A stretch of DNA of 64,000 bases from the human T2T-CHM13v2.0 reference genome, Homo sapiens, in NCBI RefSeq assembly GCF_009914755.1, contig NC_060930.1; one strand, 5' to 3'. Below the pieces are notes generated by a model. It was not told where the DNA came from. It saw only the letters and a list, made by a program, of their open reading frames with translations, and did not search any database. This document shows positions 52,947-64,000 of the stretch, in pieces; positions within the stretch are counted from its first letter, which is position 1, and every line of letters starts with the position of its first letter. A program made the translations under genes and the position numbers.

Positions 52947-53760
52947 TGTGGCATAATAAAAAAAAACAGTATTTAGCCTTTGGTTCCTGGCACAGACTCC
53001 TGTAATTCTTGGAATTTCCTGAGGGAAAAGACTGTCTTTTGTTATTCATAACAGGCACCTTTCAACCATATCTGAGTTTATGCTAATGAAGTGACTCACA
53101 GTGGACCCCTGGATACCTTGAGAGTGGGAGCCTATGACCAGAGGCACCACCGAGGAACCAAACATGTAATTGGACGTTGTGAATTTCAACCCTCCCCACC
53201 CCCAACCTCCAGGGAGGAGAGGCTGGAGATTGAGTTCAGTTACCAATGGCCAATGATTTGACCAATCATACCTACAACATGAAACTTTGATAAAAACTCC
53301 TGAGCAACAAGGCTTGGGGGGCTTCCGGTTGGTGACACGTGGAGGTGCTGAGAGCATGGTGCTCCAGCAGAGAGCCTGGAGTCTCTGCACGCACTCCTTC
53401 TTCACTCCCACTTCTCCATATCCTGCTCTATGCATCACTTCCATGTAGCTCTTTTGGAGTTGTAACCTTTTAACAAACTGACAGTCATAAGCATAGCACT
53501 TTTCTAAACTCTGTGAGTCATCTTAATGAACTGTCAAACCTGAGGAGAGGTTGAGGGATCCTTCTCAAATTTACAGTCTTCTGGGAAGAAGTGTGACTAG
53601 CCTGGGGACCCCATTTTTGGCTGGCATTTGTAGTGGGGGCATTCTTGTGGAACTGATCTCTTAATCTGTGGGATCTGCACTGACTGTGGAAACTTAGTGT
53701 CAGAACTGAATTGATTGTAGGACACCCAGTTGGTGTCAGAGAGTTGGTCATTTGGAAAAC
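52947..53760 (+). mobile_element. MER21-like LTR
   Basis: Starts tgtggcataat...ttcctggcacagactcct...cttggaatttcctgag; ends near gtaggacacccagttggtgtc. Confidence 0.75.
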
Positions 53761-54413
53761 CATATATCACTATACCTCTTAAATTCCATATTCTGTCATT
53801 TTAAAGAGAATAAAATGGCCATTGATGACTTAATTACTGGATTTACACATATTCCATTATTTCCATTAAAATGTATGTCTCTTTCCTTTAACTACTCATT
53901 CAGGTCAAAACGTAGCCAGAAAGTGTTCCTGTAAATCTTCTGTGAGCTGATTGGCCTAAAGCATGCATTCTGTTGATCTGTGTTCTAATTCTGACTGAAA
54001 AGCCATATGTAGGGAAATGTTTCCTTTGTGAAAGTCAGAAGAGGCAATATTACTGAAAATATGATATTATAATGAGTCTGTTGGGATTACCAGTTGTGAT
54101 TGCTCTAGGTCAAGAGAAAGTCAAGAAAAGATGAGACTATCCTTGCTTATAAAACTTAGGAGACTTTATTGACCTCATGATGCACCCCAATATTTCGGGA
54201 ACACAGTCATCATCTATATTGTAAGTGCTTAAGCATTCCAGGTGGTGTATTTGGACTAGAAACTTTTTCTATATCTTTTCCAGTCTCATCTCAATATGAG
54301 GTTTTGCCTGTGGAGAAACCTCAGAACTCTGGGATAAGGCAAAACAAAACAAAACAAAACAAAACAATACATAGACTGATCATTAGAAGAGACCATCCTC
54401 CTTTAGGACTTAC

Positions 54414-54538
54414 TTGGCCAAGTGGGGCAGGGGACAGGGGCACGGCTGGCAGAATTGGGGTGCTCCCCTGATGGAATCTCCGATATAACCATCCAGACAC
54501 TTTTCACAGTGCTCTCCTGTTGTGTTCCGCTGGCAGTG
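54414..54538 (-). CDS. LAMA4: LAMA4 exon 4 (125 nt, phase 0-2): HCQRNTTGEHCEKCLDGYIGDSIRGAPQFCQPCPCPLPHLA
   Basis: Acceptor GTCTCATAG, donor GTAAGT at 54413; LE-repeat pattern. Confidence 0.96.
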
Positions 54539-57209
54539 CTATGAGACAAAAGACAAGAAGATTGACAAGGATGCGAAAGAAATTTTAGAGACAGCACATC
54601 TAAGCATCATGCAATACTTTTTCAAGCAAAAGGGACATCAGATCAGACAGCACAGACTGTATGCGGCAGTACAGATTAGCATGAGGAGTCACACTGGCCC
54701 CAGTCAATGCCAGAAAGTGTGGGTAAGTGGTGAATTAATTTTTCCTGGGCTTTTGTGTGTGTGTGCTAGTAGCCTGGGGACTCTAGAGTTTGTGTGCAGA
54801 GGAGATTATTCATCAGTTACTTATTTCAGTTCAGAGTGATAATCAGAATGATCAAACCCTGGATGTTCCAGAAATATTGGCTTATTGACTTCGAATGAAT
54901 ATGAAATGAGAAACCAACCAACCAACCAACCAAACAAACAAACATCCCCCTGGTACTTATCCATGGCAATGGGAACAATAAGGATTTATGGTCTTGGAAG
55001 GATAAAATGTGTCAGACTGTAGTATAAATGGAGTAGAAGGTAGATAAAGAGCATTCTGCTCATGGGTTGGTATCTTGGATAGTGACATAGAAGAATCAGT
55101 AAGGAGGTTTTTTTTTTGTATGATTTTCCCACTTGTAGTAAAGATTATAGGAGTAAAAGCACAAAGCAGGCTGACCCTTCTGTCTGGAATGCCATTCATC
55201 ATTCAAGATCACACTAGGCTGCAAAATCTCTTGAAAGTACATCCTAATTCTCCCTTTCAGGATCCTTCCTTCTTTTCCACTACCCATATTGTAGTGCTAT
55301 TATCTATTCTCAGCCTCATCACCCCTCCCCAACTCTGTGTCTTTCAGCACTGTATTGCCATTAACTCGAACGGAGTAGGCACTCAGTAACTGTCAAACTG
55401 ATGGATTAATTTCTATAAGGGGCAGTGAGCTAACACACAAACAGCTTTCTTCTATGGGACTATACTAGTGGTACAAGGCAAAGCCATTAGCTCTATTTTT
55501 TTCATCTTTACATTCATCAGAGTGTATAAAGGTTGAATTGGGGTTGCAGTGAAAAATTATACTGTTAGAATGTCATTGAAGAAGCACCCTCCTATTTGAG
55601 CAATTGCCTTAGTCACACCGATGCATAAGAGCTTCAACAGGACAACTTTTTTAAAACAGTGGAGGAGCCTTGGGAAAGCAAGATGGAGTAGCAGTAGACT
55701 GAACTCTGAGGTCCTTATTTTGGCCTTTATGCTTTATTTGAGGTTCAGAATAAAAGAATAGCAAGGCCCTGCTCTAAACATTTTGTATGGATTAACTGAC
55801 TTAATTCTCACAACAATCCTGAAGTAGGTTCCTATTTCCCCTGCCACCCTCACCCCTGCCATTTTACATCTGAAGAGATGGAGGTGCAGAAAGATTAAGC
55901 AAATTGCCCGAGGTCACACGGATAGTAGGTGTCAAAAGTGAGATTCAAATTCAGGAAATCTGGCTCCAGAAGTGAACTTGTTAGTTTCCATATTATACTG
56001 CTTCTCCAGTAATGTTGAAGAAAAGGCTTAACAAACAGTAGTAAAATGAATGCATTAGAAGGCATCAGTGTTACTAACACTTTGAGCTTCAATTGAAATA
56101 TAATATTAATACATTAGTCAAAGGGGAAGAATCTTAATAAGGGCAACTAGCTATCCCGGTTGAATGTTCTTCAGGCATTTGATCAGCCATTAGGTATGAG
56201 CAATCTTTAGTCCCTGATTAAAATTATGTCTGCAAAGTAGAATTTAGGGGCTAGTTCAGATTGCCTGACAGATCAATGAGAAACTCTGAAAAATAAAGTA
56301 TGATATGCAGACAACAGGATGTTAACATATTTCCCTTACAGTTCTTAATACTGTGTCTTGTGCTAAGTCAGTCTTTGGAAATATTTATTGGGGAAAAATG
56401 AAGGAAAAGGGAAAAGCATGGATTAATGAATTTGTGTCTGGAGCAAATAAAGGAAATTAACATGAACCCAAAGCTAATACAAAGTTGCAGCAATCTCTCA
56501 TCCCAGGAAAAACCAATGAGCCTTACCCAACTACCATGAAACTAAGCCATAAACAATCTGGCAGGGCTGCTTGTAGGCTGGGGTTAAATTTGTCTGAGTT
56601 CTTGCTGGACGGATGAAGCCCCTCTCTGCAGAAGAAAACAGGCCCATTGTAAGATGTTAGGCCATTCTTTGTGCCCAAAGTGACTACTGTGTTGCAAAAA
56701 TGAGCTAATTCCCAATTCTGTCCCCTTATGGCTCGATAGATGCTTTAGATTCCTTGTCAGGGCTTTAATTCTGCCATGGCAGCCATGGGAAGCAGTGACC
56801 CTCAAAAGCAAAGCCACCAAATTTCTTTTGCCCTCTAACTGCTCAGAATGCAAGTATGAACTTTCCTCATCTGCCTTCTTTCAAAAGGTTTATTATGAAA
56901 CTCCCTAAAAGGCTTCAATGCACATTCTGGGAGATTGGCAGACAGAGTGCTGGAGGCAGGGAGAAAAGGTCCCTAGCTCTTCCACTTTCTAGCTGGTCAA
57001 CTTTGAACAAGTCTCTTGACCTTCCTGGTTTTCTATTCCCTTATCTGCAAAGTGATGATTTAGACTAGATGGCCTTTCAGGTTTCTTCTAGCTCTGATAA
57101 TTTTTTACTTTGAGATTGCAAAATGTCTTCTGTTTTACCTTCAGTGCTCTGGCATTTAAAAAACAGAAAACAAATATGACAACAATAAAAAAGGTATGTT
57201 GTTGTGAGG

Positions 57210-57729
57210 TGAATGGTTTGGCTCTGGGTTCCCATCCAAATCTCATATTGAATTTTAATCCCCAGTGTTGGAGGTGGGGCCTGGTGGGAGGCGATTGGAT
57301 CATGAGGGTTGTTTCTAATGGCTTAGCGTGATTCCCCTAGTGCTGTCTTGTAATAGAGTTCTGAGATCTGGTTGTTTGAAAGTGTGTAGCACCTCCCCCT
57401 TTGTGCTCTCCCTCTCTCTCTCTCTCTCCCCCACCTCCCACTGCAGGCCATGTGAAGATGTGCCTGCTTCCCCTTTGTCTTCCATCATGATTGTAAGTTT
57501 CCTGAGGCCTCCTCAGAAGCAGAAGCCTGTACAGCCCACAGAAGAGTGAGCCAATTATGCCTCTTTTCTTTATAAATTACCCATTCTCAGGTACGTCTTT
57601 TTTTTTTTTTTAATCAAAAGAGTAAAGTGAAAGCAAGTTTATTGGCAAAGCATAGGAATAAAGAATGGCCACTCCATAGACACAGCAGTTAGGTATGACT
57701 TTATAGCAGTGTTAGAATGGATTAATACA
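57210..57729 (+). mobile_element. MSTA-like MaLR solo LTR carrying an internal ~90-bp insertion
   Basis: TG...CA ends, body matches recalled MSTA, near-5-bp TSD tgagg/ggagg. Confidence 0.9.
57598..57690 (-). pseudogene. Processed (polyadenylated) MER41-like LTR R-region fragment
   Basis: Minus strand ...CTATGGAGTGGCCATTCTTTATTCC...AATAAACTTGCTTTCACTTTACTC...A14, flanked by 12-bp direct repeats. Confidence 0.75.
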
Positions 57730-57996
57730 GGAGGAAAAGTTCATTTTTTAATAAAACTGACTCCACTTAAAAATGAAATTAGCATTCTGAACTTTTAGCC
57801 AGTGGTTAAGAAAGCTATATCTAGATAATCGATTGCAGATAAGTGTTGGGATTGCCATTTGGACACCAACTGTGTCTCCCCAACATGAGAAATGATATCT
57901 CTCATGTGCTTGGTCACAGGACCAGAATAATGTAGGAAGAAGGCTCAAAAGAATCTGGTTAGCCTTCCTGTGTTTGTCAGTGTGCTTTATGCAAGA

Positions 57997-58608
57997 CTAG
58001 ATCCATGGATCTCTAAGTATGCCCAGGGAGGTCAAAACTGTTTCTAAATAATACTAAGATGTTTCTTATATTTTGCATTCTCATTTTCTCATATGTGTAA
58101 GGTGAAATTGTGTAGAGGCTACACAACACAAGATATCACACAGATTGATGCAGAAGCAGATGGCAGAATCCATCTTCTTCTATTAAGCCAGATATTAAAC
58201 ATATTTTCAAGTTGTAAAATATGTTTGTTTGATAAAAACATATTGTCTTAACATGGAATTGGTATATTATTGCTATTTTCAAATGAATTTATAAGGATTA
58301 GAAAATTTTTCAGTTTAAATTTCAAATGCCGTAAATATTGGTATATATAGTCCACATTAAAAAAAGCTCTCTGGTATCTTTAATAATCCTTAACAGTGTA
58401 AAGGTTTATGAGATCATAAGGTCTGCAAACTGCTCTCTGTGTAGATCAATACTTAGCCAGCTTCAATGTGCACGTGAATCCCCTGGAGATCTGGTGAAAA
58501 TGCAGATTATGAGTCAGGATGTCTGCATCCTGAGGGTCTGCATTTCTAACAAGCTCCCAAATATCATCCATGCAGCTGGTCTGGATTACACTCTGACAAG
58601 CAAGGGTC
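57997..58608. mobile_element. hAT-Charlie remnant followed by a MER5-like MITE (about 58448-58608)
   Basis: gaggtcaaaactgttt..., then the MER5 motif aaaatgcagatt...ctgcatttctaacaagctccc. Confidence 0.65.
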
Positions 58609-58700
58609 TAAATAAAAATACCTAATATTGGCAGCACTGTTTGCTAGTTACATACAGGGTTGGGCCTGAGCCTCAGTTTCTAGCATAAGACAGTACATCT

Positions 58701-58762
58701 TAAAGAAGTGACCCAAGTATCTCATAACAGTACCATAAAGAAGTGACCCAAGTATCTCATAA
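58701..58762 (+). repeat. Local tandem duplication with a perfect 27-bp direct repeat
   Basis: taaagaagtgacccaagtatctcataa at 58701-58727 and 58736-58762. Confidence 0.95.
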
Positions 58763-59620
58763 ATTACAAAATTAAAGATTTTTGCATTTAGGGTAGCTTG
58801 TTATTTTAGTAACCTATTCATTCATTCACTTAACAAACCTGAATTAAGCAGATATAATAGACAATGAGCCATATCTGTTATTAAAATGAAGAAGACCTGG
58901 TTCCTGCCTTTGAGTAACTCACAGACTTGTGAAGAAAAGAGACAGGTCAACAAAGAACAATACAGTGTGTGAAGGCTATGTCTGAGGTATGCAGAAAGTA
59001 CATACCTGTTATGGGACAAAGATGAGGGAAAGGCAGCTTTTAGCTCTTCCTGAGAAAGTTGGAGAAGGCTTAATGGAGGTGGTGACATTTGAACTAAGCC
59101 TTAAAGTTGTCTTTCAAGAAATCTCAGGTAGAAAACAGGGGAACAAGTTCAGGCACAAGAGAGTGAAAGAACAAAGTATGTTTAGGTGGCAGTGTGCTCA
59201 GTGTGGCTGGAGGAGAAACTCCTGGAGGATTTTGGAAAGTGGGATGCCTTGATTGGGTTGTGTTTTTGAAAGACGTCTCCATTGCTGTGTGGGAGACAGA
59301 GTAGAGGAAGGAGAGTCTGGAGCAGGGGATGGATGATGAGTTGTTGGGAAGCTGTGTCAGTGGTCAGGGAGGTTGTGGCTGTGAATTAAGGCAGTGGGAA
59401 GGGATAGAAGAGAGCTCTCTCCTAGTTTGAATTGGTAGGATATGATGTGAAACTGATGGTTGGGGAGGTAAAAAAGGAGGTCGATGGAGCATGGGGGACC
59501 AGCAGAGTAATGCTGTCACCAACTCAGGTGAGGAGTATATGGGGAGGACCAAGTTCAGGTTGGGAGAGAAAGGATGAACAATGTATAGATAACTCATTAC
59601 TTGCATTCAGTTTCTGTCAT

Positions 59621-59938
<318 letters not shown>

Positions 59939-61555
59939 TGATGGGCACACAGCAACAGGGGACTCCATTGAGCTGTCCAACCTTAGAATCCTTTGGACAC
60001 GAAACTTTCTGACTTTCTTTCAGAACTTCAGTTATCATGGAACCAAACTGATGATGCTTTCCAAAATTTCAAATTTTTCCAGGTTTGCAACAGATGGAAA
60101 AATTGTCAAAGTTTTCATGAAAGGATTATGCACTTGATCTAGATACCAATTTACAGTTGCAAGAAAAACAGGAACAAGAAGTCTCTATAATCAGTTTCTT
60201 CCTGTTCTTCGACACCTGATGAATATGCTGGTTTATTGATCACACATCCTTAGTCTTACAGGGACTTATATGGTTGATTTCTGCCTTACACAGTAATAAA
60301 ATAGAGTTCAAAAATCATGAAAATGCTAGTGTCTGCAGAAACTGAGATGTAATACCTTTGTTTTCCTGAATAGGGTTTTAATTAAGCTCTGAGACTAATA
60401 AGAAACAAATTAGCCTTCAATATATTGGATTGCTTCCCTTCTCATTGTGCCTAGGGTAGGCTGGAAGTTCATCTGGGTGAATTAAATTAATGGACAAATT
60501 AATGCTTAATCAAAAGGAAAATGAGGAGCCCTGTGCCTGTGGTGAACTTCAGGTCAGGTTTGTCCCATTCTAGTTCTGGTCATTGGGCTCCTGGCTTTCT
60601 CCTAATGACAAAGCACCCATTCTTTAGATGGTAACTAACCTTAGTTAGAGCTCCTTCTGGGTTCTATGTACTTAAGCCTCTAGGGCTGGGATGAAATATG
60701 GATTATCTGTGACCAGGCATTTCTGCCACCAGCCACCTATCTGCTTCCACTTGTTTTTTCCCCTCAATTTTTATCTTGTGCCTCCTTCTAGTACCTTTAT
60801 AGAGAGCCAGCCATATCCACCAGAGTTGCCTGCCTTTGGGGCCCCACCGAGCTGACTCAGCTGAGAATCCTGTCCAATGTGTTCCAGTTCTCATAAGATG
60901 CAAAGTGGCCCATTGGAAAGACACTCAAAACATAGTAGATTTCTAAGCTGTTTTATTTTCATTTAGCCACTATTCTATATTTGAAAGATTAGTGTTCCAC
61001 CAGTAAAAAAAAATCTCTTTGCTTGCTTGATATGTGTAAAATGGTAGCATAATTTTGTATACTCTATATTTTGTGGCTGAATGGCTTAGGTCAGCTTTAC
61101 CAACAGCTTAGTTAAAATCAGTCTGTAAATTTTAATTTCAAATTGACATTGGACACTGGAATTGAGGAAGAATTAGAAGCAGTTGAAGGTGAACAAGGCA
61201 GATACAGAGGTCTTATATGCCTTCAAGATAAAAGCAAAATAAGACAAAATGAAATAAAAGAAAGCCTTTTATTTTTGGTTGCTTACAGGAAATGAGAGAA
61301 ATGAGGTAAGTCAGGCAACCTGCAAGAACTGACTGAAACACTGGTCATGACAGTGAGCTACAAGAAGTGTTCATGTTGGAGCCCTGGCTTCTCTGGCTCC
61401 CTGAGAGCTGAGAATGAACGATAGGGCAGAAGCTGAAAAACCTGGGTCTTCTCCGTCAGTAGTCTGGGATAGCGGCACCAAAGGAAACAGAAAAAAATGA
61501 GTTTGATTCCAGTGTGACACCACAGACTTAACATATTTGCAACTAAGTGAAATAA

Positions 61556-61776
<221 letters not shown>

Positions 61777-63760
61777 ACTATATCTTCTTTCTTTCTAAAT
61801 TAAATTTATAAGAATATATCTATATGTGTCGCTCTGGGGGATAGTAATGTGGGTGATTTTTACTTTGTACTTCAAGCCATTTATAATTAAAATAATCTGT
61901 TTAATAGGAAAATTATACTAATGTATCTATATTTTTGGTCTGTTTTCTTACACTGAACATATATTACATTAATGAGGGAAAAAAGATATTTTTCTCCGGA
62001 CAGGATGAGGTGGAGAAACCATCATTAAGATGAATAAAATGGCTATTTCTTTTTGTATTCATTTTCTGCGTTGGAACAAAGTAGTTGGAGGAATGTTGGC
62101 AGCTTCACTGAGTGCACATGTAAATGTGTATATGCTAGCCCATCCCTAAACATTTATTAGAACCTGTTATGTCACAGGACCTTGGAGGGAATCACATGAT
62201 GTTTGTTCCTCTCACCACTAGGTCAGAGATAAAGCCATGATTGCTCCCATTCTGACAATGTCATTGTAAAAAGAGTGGCTTAGTCATTTCTTTCAATAGA
62301 CTCTAGCAGGAGGGACTTCTTCCCTCTTTAATTTATCTCAGTCTTGCATAATATTGACTGCCTAACAGCAGCTGATGTGCTTGACAGTCTCCACTGCTTT
62401 ATATTTTAATAAATCAGATAACAAACAACCTTTAATTGGTCAAATTATCAGAGATGTACGTTATTAGTTCAAGTGTATCCATGGGATTTTTCCCCCCAAA
62501 TGTCACTGGGATTAAAATAACAGGAAACCGGAGATGGAAGCATTAGAAAGGAGTAGACTTTGGCAGCTGCAGAAGCCTACACTGTGACAGAGGACATCCT
62601 GGTTGTAATGCTTATTTAAGAAGATGGGGGAAGGGAAAACAAATATCAGGACTAAATAAACACTACAAAGAGATAGCAACATTAGTATTTTGTCACTTAA
62701 TTCTCTGTCCCTAGAAAAATGGCAACTTCTAGGGTTAAAGATCAATAAAAACATTTGCATTTGCATCTTAATGTGTGAATAAAATATCACTTTCATGTAC
62801 ACACCTAAGAGGCCATTTAAAATAAAAATTATCTAATAGGGACAATTATGCAAATGTTGAGTGCATTTAAATAAGTATTCTTATAGTTTATGCAAAAATA
62901 CTCTTGTAGTTTTGGAAAACCTCTTTTTGCCAGATGGGAACTTGAAGAATTTTTCTGCTGTATCACACAGCTCACGAAGGAAAACATGCTATTTGAGCAT
63001 AAGTTCTTATAAATGCCCTCTATGACTTCCACTGAAGCCACTTCTGGTAAATATTTCAACACCCATTTTCACTTAAGTTGTCAGTCCATTCATTAAAAAT
63101 GGGAAATATGTAGCAAGTACTTTTCTGCTGGAAGACTTCTCAATCTTTCGCACAAGGCTCTATCATGCTTCAATGAAGAACAGTCTATTGGAGAATTCAT
63201 TTCAGTTAAGGAAAAAAATAGTCTCCTGGGGGCTTAAACACAGACTTGCAAAGACCACAAGGGCAAAGCTTTCATTTTCATCAGCTATTGGGTTCAAACT
63301 TAAATTTCTTTTTTAAAAACTAATTTTGATCTATAGACCTGGTTATTTTAGGTTCTAAAATAGGCTAGGCAACAACTGTTTCATTCTCCTGGTTTATGTG
63401 GAACGAAGCCAAACATATGGCAAACTATACGATTACAGAGGAATTTGGATGTATGGGTTCCTCCTCTATGTATCATTTTCAATCCCACCGCCATTGGTCT
63501 ACAGCAGGCAACCAGCTGCTGAGGGTGGTGGGGCAGGAGCCTCCGGGTGCACGTGCACACTCATGCATATGCCTTGGTGGACCCTTAAAATCAGAAGTAG
63601 TTTATATGAGTTGTTTCACAGGAAAAGCTGAAGGGTGAACAAAAGCACTTGATTAGCAGTTTGCTCCTATGTGGCTCAAACATCCGAAAAATATTTTATC
63701 TTCACCCAAGATGCAAATGCCCAGTGAAGTACGTGAAGTGTTATAGGTGCCCCAACTTAC

Positions 63761-63862
63761 CACACAGTATCCTGAGCCGTCCAAACACTCGTTGGAATTG
63801 CCATTACAGTCGCAGGGCACACATTCTCCCGACAGGGTGTGAAAGAATCCAGCATTGCATTT
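63761..63862 (-). CDS. LAMA4: LAMA4 exon 3 (102 nt, phase 0-0): KCNAGFFHTLSGECVPCDCNGNSNECLDGSGYCV
   Basis: Acceptor GTTGCAG, donor GTG|GTAAGT at 63760; within ORF 63653..63916. Confidence 0.97.
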
Positions 63863-64000
63863 CTGCAACAGACACACCAAACCATTTTGATTATTGAAAA
63901 GATTGATTTTGGTCAATATTTTCTGAGAAGAAATCAGAGAAAGTGATTATTAAACAATCTAAACATTTCTAAAATGAATATACTAAATGATACATACAAA

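Noticed and set aside
58701-58762. Repeat-spacer-repeat as a CRISPR-like array
   Set aside because: Only two copies with an 8-bp spacer, in a mammalian intron

Overview
Human-type (primate) genomic DNA lying entirely inside the laminin alpha-4 gene LAMA4, transcribed on the minus strand. I traced 14 consecutive coding exons (exons 3-16 by my recollection of the usual numbering, 63862 down to 2263). All have GT-AG boundaries and compatible phases, and they join into 1861 nt of open frame (about residues 66-686): laminin EGF-like (LE) repeats, the CDKC interchain-disulfide motif and the N-terminal part of the coiled coil. The rest is intron filled with Alu, L1, L2, MIR, MaLR/ERV LTRs, DNA-transposon MITEs and microsatellites; nearly all entries in the ORF track are spurious. 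I see no new gene system. The best second-look items are: (1) a full-length U6 snRNA copy fused to an old L1MA-type 3' end (U6-L1 chimeric retrocopy); (2) a ~90-nt polyadenylated MER41-like LTR transcript end, apparently retroposed by L1 with TSDs into an MSTA LTR, sense to LAMA4; (3) a GC 5' splice site in exon 7 that would toggle a 7-aa Cys-containing insert next to the CDKC motif; (4) two strong, divergent CTCF-like motifs, one in a CpG-retaining L2; (5) closely spaced inverted Alu pairs and a 58-nt fold-back hairpin near exon 13; (6) candidate antisense exons near exons 14-16. Repeat subfamily names come from recalled consensus sequences and need RepeatMasker/Dfam confirmation.
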